A stretch of DNA of 64,000 nt from Eledone cirrhosa (GCA_964016885.1 OZ024752.1:49290001-49354000); one strand, 5' to 3'; positions 31,208-45,108 are shown, counted from the stretch's first letter. Notes: a model not told the origin generated them from the letters alone. Translations and numbers: made by a program.

Positions 31208-31397
31208 AATAATGGTTTCTACTTTTGGCACAAGGCCAGCAATTACCCCAGTGCATTACTGGTACTTTATTTTATCGACCCTGTAATGGTGAAAGGCAAA
31301 GTTAACCTCGACAGGATTTGAACTCAGAATGGCAAGGGCCGTAACTCTATGCGTCAAAGCAATGGCATCCGACCCTCGACCGATACTGCCAATCCAC
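31208..31397 (-). mobile_element. tRNA-derived SINE, family A, near full length
   Basis: A box TGGCAGTATCGG, B box GAGTTCAAATCC, body AACTTTGCCTTTCA..GGGTCGATAAAATAAAGTACCAG; many copies in the window. Confidence 0.85.
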
Positions 31398-31600
31398 ATG
31401 AAGTAATGGTTTCATTTATTGACCACAAGGGCCAACATATAGGGGACAATACAAAAGACAGGTACAGTAGGGGTTTACATATACAACGTGTAAACAATAT
31501 AAATAACAATAACAAAATAACAATAAAAATATAACAAGGAAAATTCCCCAATAGAGGGTATGACCACCTGGGGTTCACTCAGGTACCCCACCAATCCTGG

Positions 31601-31814
31601 AATAATGACAATTATTGTGTACAGTGCTCAGGTGCACTACAACTCATCAAAGGTGTATGTATAGTACATAGAATAATGTACAAATGTCAGGAAAGTGGAC
31701 AGTGTATGAGTCATGATATACATGTGTGTATGTGTATAATAATAATGAAATTATTGTGTACAGTGCTCAGGTGCACTACAACTCATCAAAGGTGCATGTA
31801 TAGTACATAGAATA
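31601..31814 (-). mobile_element. Two adjacent CR1-like 3'UTR stubs
   Basis: Same motif at ~31601-31735 and ~31738-31814. Confidence 0.8.
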
Positions 31815-32026
31815 TATGAAATTGGTTTCTGCTAGTGACGAATATCTCGGATCTATTCTGATTGATCTTTTATCTTATGTCAGATTAATTGATTTATTGA
31901 TTTATTGATTGAATGATTGATTGCATAACTGGCTGTTACTTAAGAGGATGTGGCATTTTATTGTAAATAATATTTTGTGTGTGTTTCAACATGTGTGTAT
32001 GTGTGAGTGTATATATATATATATAT

Positions 32027-32080
<54 letters not shown>

Positions 32081-32137
32081 TTATAATTCTGTCTCCCTTT
32101 CCATGTTGTTTATATTTAGACAGAAACCAGTAAACAA

Positions 32138-32168
<31 letters not shown>

Positions 32169-32268
32169 GTAGGAGGTGAGTTTTATTGTAGTACAATAAA
32201 GCAATGCAGATAAGAAGCACTCTACAGTTTGTAGGACTGGAGTATATATAATACATAAGAACAAAAGA

Positions 32269-32609
32269 GGCACATGGCTTAGTGGTTAGGGCATTGGCCT
32301 TGCAATCGAAAGGTTGTGAGTTCAATTCTCGGACCGGGTGATGTGTTGTTTCCTTGAGCAAGACACTTTATTTCACATTGCTCCAGTTCACTCAGCTGTA
32401 GAAATGAGATGATAGGGACTGGGGTCCCTATCTTTCCACTGCAAAGTGGTCGTGGAGGTGCCACGGCAAAAAAGCACCCAGCACTCACTGTAAATGAGGT
32501 TGGTGTTAAGAAGGGCATCCAGCTGTAGAAATCTAGCCAGAATCAGTTCCCGTCCCACCCTTGCAAGCAGGGAAAAGCGGACGTAAATGAAATGATGATG
32601 AATGATGAT
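32269..32609 (+). mobile_element. tRNA-derived SINE, family B, with RTE-type 3' tail
   Basis: A box TGGCTTAGTGG, B box GAGTTCAATTC, central CCTTGAGCAAGACACTT, tail GCAGGGAAAAGCGGACGTAAA(TGA)n. Confidence 0.85.
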
Positions 32610-32638
32610 ATATATAGATAGAGATCTTGGTGGGGTTG

Positions 32639-32801
32639 CCAGTTTAGTCGCCGATGACCCGACCATCAGACAGGTTCTACTGGGGTACATGTTACCAGTA
32701 GCATTCTGAAAAAAAAACCTGCGGCTTCGGAAACATCCGATGATGTTGACCAGTTCTCCTTTTTGGGCAGTGTTTGCGATGCTCAGAGAGTGGGATTGGT
32801 C
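32639..32801 (-). ncRNA. Candidate HDV-like ribozyme
   Basis: P1 GACC(A)ATC/GATGGTC, P2 CCAGT/ACTGG, P3 AGA/TCT, L3 ACCTG, GG for P1.1, short P4, J4/2 CTAA. Confidence 0.5.
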
Positions 32802-32950
32802 GAGTGCAAGGCCTTTCCCCCACTTAAGAAAACCTTCAAAGCACAGGCATTGCTTGTTCAGGATATGTTACAGGTTTGTGTGGCTGGCCGTAGCCTAAAA
32901 GTGCACCAAACTCTATAACCTGACAAGCTGTACTCTTAGCAGAGTTTGCA

Positions 32951-33006
<56 letters not shown>

Positions 33007-33117
33007 GGAGAGAGAGAGGTGTATATATATATATAGAGAGAGAGAGGTGTGTATATATATATATATAGAGAGAGAGAGGTGTGTATATATATATATATAG
33101 AGAGAGAGAGAGGTGTG

Positions 33118-33150
<33 letters not shown>

Positions 33151-33184
33151 GTGTGTATATATATATATAGAGAGAGAGAGAGAG

Positions 33185-33228
<44 letters not shown>

Positions 33229-33496
33229 GTGTGTATATATATATATATAGAGAGAGAGAGGTATATATGTGTATATATATATAGTAAAAGTATTTAAGCT
33301 AAAACTGAAATCAGACTAAAGAAAATCCGAACAAATACATATAAAAACTATAAAAAGAGATCTAATCAATACTTTCAGCTATTGATACGGCATAGATATT
33401 GAATGTTGTTATTGTTGTTATGTAGCCAATAGTTCAGGTCCTGTCCATTACAGTCAATTGATAAATACTGAATGGCTGTGATATAACAACAACAGC

Positions 33497-33527
<31 letters not shown>

Positions 33528-33585
33528 TGTACATGCATACACATATACACAGATGGGACATTCACACACACACACACACACACAC

Positions 33586-33724
33586 ACTCACTCACTCACT
33601 CACTCACTCACTCACTCACTCACTCACTCACTCACTCACTCACTCACTCACTCACTCACTCACTCACTCACTCACTCACTCACTCACTCACTCACTCACT
33701 CACTCACTCACTCACTCACTCACT
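33586..33724. repeat. (TCAC)n microsatellite
   Basis: Perfect tetranucleotide run. Confidence 0.95.
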
Positions 33725-33842
33725 GTTTACTTTGCTACTAAATTATAAATGTGTTATTCTTGTGTGTGTGTTTGTGTAATTTTACGAGTGTGGGTATGTC
33801 TGTTTGTATATCTGTATGTGTATATATATGTGTGTGTGTATG

Positions 33843-33873
<31 letters not shown>

Positions 33874-34185
33874 ATGTATGTATGTGTGTATATATGTGTG
33901 TGTGTATGTGTGTGTATATATGTGTGTGTATGTGTGTATATATGTGTGTATGTGTGTATATATGTGTGTGTGTATGTATATATATGTGTGTATGTATATA
34001 TGTGTATATATGTGTGTGTGTATGTATATATGTGTGTGTATGTATATATGTACTATTATGATTCTGTTAGCTTTTCCTTCTGGTATCACACAACACAACA
34101 TTAGATTTACTCACAAACTCTGTTGTTTTTCAAACACTTTCATTAACAAAAGATGCTGCTACTACTACTACTACTACTACCATTG

Positions 34186-34240
<55 letters not shown>

Positions 34241-34276
34241 TACTACTACCACTACCACTATCACTACTACTACTAC

Positions 34277-36726
34277 AGGTGTTTGGAGCATAACTTAACA
34301 AAGGTTCTTACATAAAATTATGATGGAAGCTTTTTAGATGAGTATAAACACTTTAAAACAAACAGTTTTCTATCATAGAACCAGGAGTGTTTGGAACATA
34401 ACTTAACAAAGGTTCTTACATGAAATTATGATGGAAGGTTTCTAGATAAATATAAACACTTTAAAACAAACAGTTTTCTATCATAGAACCAGAGGTGTTT
34501 GGAGCATAACTTCACAAAGGTTGTCTATCATAGAACCAGGAGTGTTTGGAGCATAACTTCACAAAGGTTGTCTATCATAGAACCAGGAGTGTTTGGAGCA
34601 TAACTTCACAAAGGTTGTCTATCATAGAACCAGGAGTGTTTGGAGCATAACTTCACAAAGGTTGTCTATCATAGAAACAGAGGTGTTTGGAAGATAACTT
34701 CACAAAGGTTGTCTATCATAGAAACAGAGGTGTTTGGAAGATAACTTCACACAGGTTGTCTATCATAGAAACAGAGGTGTTTGGAACATAACTTCACAAA
34801 GGTTGTCTATCATAGAAACAGAGGGGTTTGGAACATAACTTCACAAAGGTTGTCTATCATAGAAACAGAGGGGTTTGGAACATAACTTCACAAAGGTTGT
34901 CTATCATAGAAACAGAGGTGTTTGGAAGATAACTTCACAAAGGTTGTCTATCATAGAAACAGAGGTGTTTGGAACATAACTTCACAAAGGTTGTCTATCA
35001 TAGAAACAGAGGTGTTTGGAACATAACTTCACAAAGGTTGTCTATCATAGAAACAGAGGGGTTTGGAACATAACTTCACAAAGGTTGTCTATCATAGAAA
35101 CAGAGGTGTTTGGAACATAACTTCACAAAGGTTGTCTATCATAGAAACAGAGGTGTTTGGAACATAACTTCACAAAGGTTGTCTATCATAGAAACAGAGG
35201 GGTTTGGAACATAACTTCACGAAGGTTGTCTATCATAGAAACAGAGGTGTTTGGAACATAACTTCACAAAGGTTGTCTATCATAGAAACAGAGGTGTTTG
35301 GAACATAACTTCACAAAGGTTGTCTATCATAGAAACAGAGGGGTTTGGAACATAACTTCACAAAGGTTGTCTATCATAGAAACAGAGGTGTTTGGAACAT
35401 AACTTCACAAAGGTTGTCTATCATAGAAACAGAGGGGTTTGGAACATAACTTCACGAAGGTTGTCTATCATAGAAACAGAGGTGTTTGGAACATAACTTC
35501 ACAAAGGTTGTCTATCATAGAAACAGAGGTGTTTGGAACATAACTTCACAAAGGTTGTCTATCATAGAAACAGAGGGGTTTGGAACATAACTTCACGAAG
35601 GTTGTCTATCATAGAAACAGAGGTGTTTGGAACATAACTTCACAAAGGTTGTCTATCATAGAAACAGAGGTGTTTGGAACATAACTTCACAAAGGTTGTC
35701 TATCATAGAAACAGAGGGGTTTGGAACATAACTTCACGAAGGTTGTCTATCATAGAAACAGAGGTGTTTGGAACATAACTTCACAAAGGTTGTCTATCAT
35801 AGAAACAGAGGTGTTTGGAACATAACTTCACAAAGGTTGTCTATCATAGAAACAGAGGTGTTTGGAACATAACTTCACAAAGGTTGTCTATCATAGAAAC
35901 AGAGGTGTTTGGAACATAACTTCACAAAGGTTGTCTATCATAGAAACAGAGGGGTTTGGAACATAACTTCACGAAGGTTGTCTATCATAGAAACAGAGGT
36001 GTTTGGAACATAACTTCACAAAGGTTGTCTATCATAGAAACAGAGGTGTTTGGAACATAACTTCACAAAGGTTGTCTATCATAGAAACAGAGGGGTTTGG
36101 AACATAACTTCACGAAGGTTGTCTATCATAGAAACAGAGGTGTTTGGAACATAACTTCACAAAGGTTGTCTATCATAGAAACAGAGGTGTTTGGAACATA
36201 ACTTCACAAAGGTTGTCTATCATAGAAACAGAGGGGTTTGGAACATAACTTCACGAAGGTTGTCTATCATAGAAACAGAGGTGTTTGGAACATAACTTCA
36301 CAAAGGTTGTCTATCATAGAAACAGAGGGGTTTGGAACATAACTTCACAAAGGTTGTCTATCATAGAAACAGAGGTGTTTGGAACATAACTTCACAAAGG
36401 TTGTCTATCATAGAAACAGAGGTGTTTGGAACATAACTTCACAAAGGTTGTCTATCATAGAAACAGAGGTGTTTGGAACATAACTTCACAAAGGTTGTCT
36501 ATCATAGAAACAGAGGTGTTCGGAACATAACTTCACAAAGGTTGTCTATCATAGAAACAGAGGTGTTTGGAACATAACTTCACAAAGGTTGTCTATCATA
36601 GAAACAGAGGTGTTTGGAACATAACTTCACAAAGGTTGTCTATCATAGAAACAGAGGGGTTTGGAACATAACTTCACAAAGGTTGTCTATCATAGAAACA
36701 GAGGTGTTCGGAACATAACTTCACAA
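34277..36726. repeat. 47-bp minisatellite preceded by two 108-bp parental units
   Basis: GTGTTTGG registers at 34279, 34387, 34495, then every 47 bp (~47 copies). Confidence 0.97.
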
Positions 36727-37048
36727 CATTTCTTAAATAAAATGTCTACCATGGAGACGGGAGTGGTTTTAGGCAGTTTGGTATGAATAAGGTTAATTAA
36801 ATAAGAAAAGTCATTAAGGTCAAGGGGTGTTGGACATTCCAGTGACTGAGCAGGACACTGACGCCACAGAGTCTCTGTTCACCTTATTTCCATGTAGAGG
36901 CTGTAAGAGCTTGTAGGGTGGGGGAATGTTATTACTGGTAAGATGGTAGCACATCCCTGAGGTAATGTAGGGGAAATTCACATCTTTCATCTAATTAACA
37001 TAACAACATTTTGACAATTTAACCACGAGCTTTTATAAGACTCACTAG

Positions 37049-37086
<38 letters not shown>

Positions 37087-38417
37087 TGTATGTATATATA
37101 TATATGTATATATATATATAGTGCTAGAAGTGTATTGCATCTTGTATACTGCATATATATATGTGTGTATATATATATATTTGTGTGTATATATATATAT
37201 ATATATGTGTATATATATTTGTGTATTTGTGTGCAAACATGTCTATGTTAATGTCTATATTTATGTATTTATCTATATAGATCTATATATAGATCTATAT
37301 ATTTCTTTATATATATATATATATATGTACCTATTTGTATGTGTATATATATATGCATGTACATATTTATATTATATTATATTATATTATATATATATTA
37401 TATTATATATATTATATTATATTACATATATTATATATATTATATTATATTATATATATTATATTATATATATATATAATATAATATAATATTATATATA
37501 TATATAATATATATAATATATATATATGAAATATATATATTTTGTTTGTGTGTGTGAATGGAATAAATGAGGTGGAAGAATGGCGGGGGAAGGGGGTCTG
37601 TAATTGTTTCATGAATGAGTGACTGGGTGTGGTGTAGAGACGCAAATATCTATATTTTATTTATTCAAAATATATAAACAAATGCAGTTACTTTTCTGCT
37701 CTGAAATCTAAAAGCAAAAATTAGCAAACATCTAATCAGTTTGTTCATTAAGCATTTTTTGAACAATTTCCTGCTTCTTACTTAATTACTTATTTACTGA
37801 TTAGATTAAATTAGATTTTCTCACAATCTCAGTAGTAAGTGAGAGATGTTTATTGAATAATATTTATGTATGGTTTGATTTATGTATGTATGTGGTGTGT
37901 GTGTAGGTATGTATGTAATGTATATATATTTACATATATGCATATTTACTTATATAGATGTATATATAGATGTATATAGATATATCTGTACATATATTTA
38001 TATTTACATACACATTCATATTTATATATATATGTATATATATTTATATTTACATACACATTCATATTTATATATATATTTATTTACATGTATACATATT
38101 TACACATATATAATATATATAATATATATATATAATATATATATATAATATATGCATATATATTTATATTCATATATATATATATACTTATATGAATGCA
38201 TATATGTATGTGTGTGTCTAGGTGTGTTTGGGTGTGTATGTGTGCATGTTTCACTTATACACACCTATATTATAAGATGATGTTTATTTAATAATAATAT
38301 TATTTATTACTATTTATATAATTATTTATCTTACACACCTGCATCACGGCAATCACAGCAAACCAAAAATAGAGAGCTAATTGCATTTGTCAATTTACAC
38401 ACACACAGGCAGACACC

Positions 38418-38456
<39 letters not shown>

Positions 38457-38527
38457 ATATGTTTATATGTATATATGTATGTATAGTTGTATGTATTGTT
38501 ATAACTTTATATATGTATAGTTATAAC

Positions 38528-38560
<33 letters not shown>

Positions 38561-38569
38561 AGTTATAAC

Positions 38570-38603
<34 letters not shown>

Positions 38604-38626
38604 TATAATTGTATATATAGTCATAA

Positions 38627-38681
<55 letters not shown>

Positions 38682-38697
38682 GTATATATAGTCATAA

Positions 38698-38768
<71 letters not shown>

Positions 38769-39308
38769 GTATATATAGTCATAACTAATATATATATATA
38801 TATATATATAATTCTGAAACAAATGTAAATTAACATGGTAAAAAAAATCTGTGCATATATTTATATTTTAATCATTTTAAAAGCTATACTTGTCTTTCCA
38901 CTCAGTCTCACATTATCATTCTCTAGTCTTCCAGCCCCTCCCGCTACACCAACCCCAATCCCTTTCTTTCTTTTCTAAGATAGAATATTCTAATTGATTT
39001 GAATTCTAATTCATATTCATAAGCAATGATTTGTGTTAAAATAAAGGCGAGGAACAACAACAACAACAACAACAACATTAACAACAACAGCAACAAAATA
39101 ACACCAACAACAAAAAAGTCATATAGTTGTAGGCATGACTACCTGTCTCGTTAAGATTTTGCTTTGTAACCACATTGTCTGGGGTTCAATCCCACTGTTT
39201 AGATCTTTGGACAAGCATCTTTGTCCTGTAGCCACAGGGTGACAAATGCCTTGTCACTGTGATATTTACTAGTTTCTAACTCTGTGGAATATAATTTAAT
39301 AGAGAAAT

Positions 39309-39360
39309 GGCTTCTACAGGACTAGAACTGTTTCATTTGAAGGCAATCATCAGGAAAGCC
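39309..39360 (-). ncRNA. Hammerhead motif (family B)
   Basis: GGCTTTC-CTGATGA-12-nt stem II-GAAAC-AG..CT-GTA-GAAGCC. Confidence 0.65.
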
Positions 39361-39535
39361 CATGTATATACTCTACTAATGTATTAAGTACCTTACTTAT
39401 TGTGGTTACCCCCGATTGAACCCAGGACTCACCGATGCTAGCATGGAAAATGGACGTTAAACGAAGATGATGATGATGATGATGATATATATCAATGATA
39501 TTAATAAATGGAAACTATATTTATAAAACCATATT

Positions 39536-39596
39536 TATTTTATTATATATATTTCAAGGGTACCAAAATTTTGATACGCACTCATCAGATAAAATA
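39536..39596 (-). ncRNA. Hammerhead motif (family A)
   Basis: TATTTTAT-CTGATGA-gtgcGTATCAAAATTTTGGTACcctt-GAAA-TATATATA-ATAAAATA. Confidence 0.78.
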
Positions 39597-39744
39597 CAAA
39601 ATTTGTTTTATAAATGGTGACAAGAAACCAGACGTTATCAGTTCAGTCACATCTCTTTCAAGCATTAAACTAATATATTTCTTCCATATACTATGCCATT
39701 TGTTTTGTTAATTTTCTTATTACATATATATATATATATAAATT

Positions 39745-39776
<32 letters not shown>

Positions 39777-39858
39777 GGCAGGCATTCTTATGTGTATATA
39801 TATATATATATAATGTATGTGGAGAGAGGTGTGACTGTATTTACTGTTTGTTTGTTTA

Positions 39859-39927
39859 TAATAATGAAAATATTGTGTACAGTGCTCAGGTGCACTACAA
39901 CTCATCAAATGTGCATGTATAGTGCAC
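39859..39927 (-). mobile_element. CR1-like 3'UTR stub
   Basis: Same motif as 26009-26080. Confidence 0.75.
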
Positions 39928-40180
39928 AAACGTAGGATGGATTGTGGTATAAGCTGGACCAAGCTATAGCTGTGGTCAATTGTTGTAAATGACAGAATGA
40001 GTGTCAGTTTGACCAGTATTTTGAACAGCCTGCTGTGGTCAGTTTTGTATGTTAACCATTTGTTTAACTCTTTCATTTCCATATTTCTAATGAATGTCAC
40101 TTCCTATAATTTTAATTGACCACATGTGGCCACAATTGCAAAAAATGAATAAAAGCCTTATATTTGCTATTTAAACTTAA

Positions 40181-40227
<47 letters not shown>

Positions 40228-40462
40228 ATTCTTGGGGAAGGTCATATTGTTGTAATAATATTATTACATCAATATGACCCTCCTCAAGTATAACAATATA
40301 TATATATATATATATATATTGTTATTCTTGGGGAGGGTCATATTGTTGTAATAATATTATTACATCAATATGACCCTCCCCAAGTATAACAATATTTGTT
40401 TCGACACACGATTTCATATAAAAAATCTCGCAAAACAAATATATATGTATCAAATTTATTAT

Positions 40463-40510
<48 letters not shown>

Positions 40511-40525
40511 TACTATATATATTAC

Positions 40526-40556
<31 letters not shown>

Positions 40557-40632
40557 TACTATATATATTACTATATATATATATTACTATATATATATAT
40601 ATATATATTACTATATATATATATATATATAT

Positions 40633-40666
<34 letters not shown>

Positions 40667-40769
40667 CTATATATATATATATATATGTATATAATATTCT
40701 TAATAAAATGTCGTATATTATGCCTATTCAAGACAATATTAAATGTTTAATTTTAAATAGCAAATATAA

Positions 40770-40817
40770 TTCCTGATGATTTCCTTCAAATGAAGTAGTT
40801 CTAGTCCTGTAGAAGCC
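40770..40817 (+). ncRNA. Degenerate hammerhead (family B; GAAAC changed to GAAGT)
   Basis: TTC-CTGATGA-tttccttcaaat-GAAGT..GTA-GAAGCC. Confidence 0.5.
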
Positions 40818-40964
40818 ATTTCTATATTAAATTTTGTATATACTCTACTAATGTATTGAGTACTTCACTTACTGTGGTTACGCCCGATTGAACTTGGGTC
40901 TCACATATATATATATTATTCAAAATATTAATAAATGAAGACAATCACATAATCAAAATATATG

Positions 40965-41027
40965 TTTTATTATATATATTTCGAAGGTACTGTGCTGTTT
41001 TTTTCAGTACGTCCTCATCAGATAAAA
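40965..41027 (-). ncRNA. Hammerhead motif (family A)
   Basis: Near-identical to the reverse complement of 9249-9310. Confidence 0.8.
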
Positions 41028-41445
41028 TACATGAATTGATGTATGACATACCTCAACTGTCGTGATGGTGCAATTCCAGTATTGGCAGTGATTTATTACA
41101 ACAAATCTCAATATTTATGTACCACAAATAATTACATGATAAACTTAAATATGATGAAGAGGAGGATGTGGTGCGAGATATAAGTATAAGGAGGGGGGGT
41201 GAGTAATGAGAAAATTGGTGGTTTTTGGAACTCTTAACAATGCAGAAGGGTAAATCTGTGGGTAACAGAATCAGGTGGTAACGAGAGAGATGTAAGAGGA
41301 ATTGTAGACTGAGAGGTATAGGGTGTAGAGCAACGTAGGAAAGAGTCTGTGTGTGTGTGTACCCTAGGTTCAATCGGGGGGGGGGGGGGTAACCATCGTA
41401 AGTAAGGTACTCAATACTTAGCAGAATATAAATGTTTAATATAGG

Positions 41446-41551
41446 AATGGCTTCTACGGGACTAGAACTGTTTCATTCGAAGGAAATCATCAGGAAAGCT
41501 TTCCTGGTGATCTCCTTCGAATGAAACAGTTCTAGTCCTGTAGAAGCCATT
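41446..41551. ncRNA. Head-to-head pair of family B hammerheads (minus copy intact, plus copy CTGGTGA)
   Basis: 106-bp palindrome centred on GAAAGCTTTC. Confidence 0.7.
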
Positions 41552-42390
41552 TATATATATGTGCGTATGTATGTATGTGTATATATATGTATGTATGTGT
41601 ATATATATGTATGTATGTGTGTATATATAATTTGCTAGGTTTGGAAGAATGAGCTTCTGGTCTTCACATGGTCCTCTGAGATCAGTAATCTGTATATATG
41701 TATGTGTGTATATATCTGTATATATCTGTATATATATATATATATGTGTGTATATACATGTCTCCATAACATCCTAATCTAATGTAAAAACTTCAGCTCA
41801 TTCCTCATCTCTGATTACCTTCAGGTAGCTAGCTAGCGATGTAAGGCAGCTGACCTACGGTTAGTAATTCTTCAGATAGATCTATCTATGTCAGGTATGT
41901 CAAGATGTTCTCTGGCATGACCGTCCCAGTTTTCATTCTATGTCAGGCTGTCCTAAAAATAGCCGACTGAAAAAAAAAAAAGAAAAAAAAAAAAAAGTAA
42001 AAGATAAAAAAGAAAGAAAAGAAAGCAAGAATGAAAGAAAGCTGTGTGTTCTTCATTTCTAAAAATGGTTATTTTTGACTGCTGCTACATGGCATTGAGT
42101 TAGGTGAATTATGTCTGCAGTCTGTATACTGCAGCCTTGTGTCACTGCCAATGTATTATTACAGTAGTAGGCTAGCCTTAGCTTGGTTGTTTCACCAAAA
42201 GACAGTTAATTTTAGTACCGAGGAGTGACTAGCCAATCAAGGGAGACAACTATTTCTGGCTTGTACACCTTTTTTTTTTTTTTTTTTTTTTTTTCTTTCT
42301 TTCTTTGCGGGGTTAATTAAATTTGTTTGTGTTTGTTTGTTTGTGTGTTTGTGTTTGTTTGTGTGTTTGTGTGTTGATATACTTTAAACC

Positions 42391-42790
42391 AGGCGGCGAA
42401 TTGGCAGTCGTTAGAACGTTGGTATTCGTTCCTGATCCCCGGCTCTTTGAGTTCAAATCCCGTTGATGTCAACTTTGCCTTCTTTCACCCTTTCGTGATC
42501 GTTAAAAAAAGTACCAGTTTAGTACTAGGGATCGATTCTTCCTCTATATCTCTTTCTCATTTCCCGCCTCTCTCTCTCTCTTTCTCTCTCACTTTCTATT
42601 TTTCTCTGGATGGGAATAAATCTACTGTATTCAGGCTCTTTGAGTTCAAATCCTGCGCCGAAGTCAACTTTGCCTTTCACCCTTTCGTGATCGTTAAAAA
42701 AAAGTACCAGTTTAGTACTGGAGTCGATTCTTCCTCTATATCTCTTTCTCATTCTCCCCCCCCCCCTCTCTTTTTCTATCTTTCTCTGGA
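42391..42790 (+). mobile_element. Diverged SINE A-related copy, locally duplicated
   Basis: GGCGGCGAATTGGCAG..GAGTTCAAATCC..CAACTTTGCCTT..AAAAGTACCAGT; the part from the B box onward recurs at ~42440 and ~42633. Confidence 0.7.
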
Positions 42791-42919
42791 GGGGACGAAC
42801 TCTGCTGTACTCAGGCCTGGAGAAGGGATGGACTCTGTCAGCCTTAAAATGCCCAAGAAACGCTGTATGTCAATATGGCGAGCCTACCACTCTATCAGGA
42901 GTTACAGGACTAAATATAA

Positions 42920-42954
<35 letters not shown>

Positions 42955-44073
42955 GTGAGTTAGATAGAGAGGTTGCCCAGTACTCCTAGCGACGTTGCTG
43001 ACTTTTGCTCTGGTGTTGACTCCGTTGTTCAACCCCTTCTTTTACATTTTCTTTAATATTGTAACATTGAAGGAATATATCTTTCATTGTATCATCCTTT
43101 ATAGTGTTACCGAGGCATTTGTAATGTTATTTATGTATATATTTAAAACATATTTGTTATGTTATTCTACTGTAAATTTATTTATATGCTCTGTTTATAT
43201 TTTCATTCTGAAGGAATTGCAAACGATTTGTAATGTTGTTTGTGCAACTATGAAGTATTAATTGTATTATATGTGTTTATATTTTCATTCTGTAAGAATT
43301 ATAAACAATAATTAATTGTTAGAAACTCAGAGTAGTCTCTTACAATTAAATACCTCTAAGAAAAAAGCTTTTCCGAGTCATATACATACATACATATATA
43401 CTTTTCACCAAATCACCTTTTATTTTTATTATTACTAAGTAGCAATACCAAATTTAGAAGTAAAGAAGAATGAAAAATATATTTTCTTAACTTTCAAGAC
43501 TTCATTTGACATGAAGTAAGTTTATTGTTTAGGCGACGAATTGATAATGTCGCTAGGACGTTGGATAGAATATATTGCCGAGTTCAAATCTCACTGAGGT
43601 CAACAAGTTGATAAAATTACAAGTTCTATACTGGATAAATCTTCTCTCTTTCTCTCTCTCTTCTTCCTCACACTTACACACTCTTTTTCTCTCTCTTCTT
43701 CCTCACACTTACACACTCTCTCTTTCTTCTTCCTCACACTTACACACTCTCTCTTTCTCTCTCTCTTCTTCCTCACACTTACACACTCTCTCTTTCTCTC
43801 TTCTTCCTCACACTTACACACTCTCTCTTCTTCTTCTTCCTCACACTTACACACTTTCTCTTTCTTCTTCTTCTCACACACTTTCTCTTTCTCTCTCTCC
43901 TTCTTCCTCACATACACACTCCCTCTTTCTCTCTATCTATCTCTTTCTCTCTCCTTCCTCACACACTCTCTCTTTCTTTCTCTCTCTCTCATCTCCTCCT
44001 TCCTCACCCCCCTCTCTCTCTACCATGGCTCTGTCAATAATTATATTTCTCCCCCAAACTACCAAAACACACA

Positions 44074-44106
<33 letters not shown>

Positions 44107-44951
44107 TCTACAATTTATGTACATGTTATGTCTATCACATATCGAACATTTTTTTTTTTTATATATCTTGGTTGATATTTGATAATAACAGCGCGTCTCC
44201 TTCGCCGTCCTCCGGGGAGACGCCTTCTCCATTCTGTCCGCCGGGGCTGTGGGTGGGCCCCATCGTGTACCGTTGTAGTTGTTGTAGAAGAAACAGGAAG
44301 ACAACAACTGGAAAGTTTGATTTTCTAGCTCAGATTATATCTGGAAAATTAAAGTAACGAGATTTTCTTCGTAGACGTGGACAGAACACTTTTATCACTG
44401 CAACTAATTTGACCAAATTTACACCCCCTCCCCACCTAAATCAGAACTGCTTCCACCGCCTCTGATATATATATATATATATAGAATAATTTTTGACGCT
44501 TGTTTCTCCCCTACGGTATGCTATATTTTCTGTTGTTCTCCTGTCTCACTCGCTTTACGCGTTTTAATTGTCCTAATAACTTATTTTGGTTATTATTGCA
44601 CCGAAGTGAGATATATGATTTTTAATGCAATGAAATATCTATGATCTTCGGCAAATCACTGATGAGGGACTTATTTTATTACATGTTATCCATGTGCTAC
44701 CTGCAGTATTTTTCTCTATATTTTAATATATATATATATATATATGTAGGAGGTGAGTTTTATTGTAGTACAATAAAGCAATGCAGATATCGGATAAGAA
44801 GCACTCTACAGTTTGTGGGACTGGAGTATGTATAATATAAGATCAAAAGATGGTTAAAGGAGTTCCATATATTTGAAATGCGCATAATAAAATATATGGA
44901 ACTCCTTTAACCATCTTTTGATCTTATATTATATATATATATATATATATA

Positions 44952-45108
44952 CATGGACACACTAGAAGAGGAAGACCAAGGTTAACGTATGTTGATGCCC
45001 TAAGAACAGACACTGGTCTGTTGGAGACGCAGGACATGGCAGCGATAATGAGGGACAGAGACCGCTGGAGAGAACTCGTCCATGGATCTCGGGAATTTTA
45101 TCTGCCTT

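Noticed and set aside
32269-32340. tRNA gene
   Set aside because: tRNA-like head continues into a SINE body and tail; no proper acceptor stem
27745-36726. CRISPR-like appearance of the 40- and 47-bp arrays
   Set aside because: Head-to-tail repeats without unique spacers, no cas genes, eukaryotic context
36810-36995. Possible minus-strand exon after TTAG
   Set aside because: No recognisable protein and no supporting neighbouring exons
39935-40110. Open stretch EVTFIRNMEMKELNKWL..KLTLILSFTT (minus); possible exon or hAT remnant
   Set aside because: Resemblance too weak to call without a search
44665-44700. CTGATGAG possible hammerhead
   Set aside because: No stem II/GAAA partner found downstream
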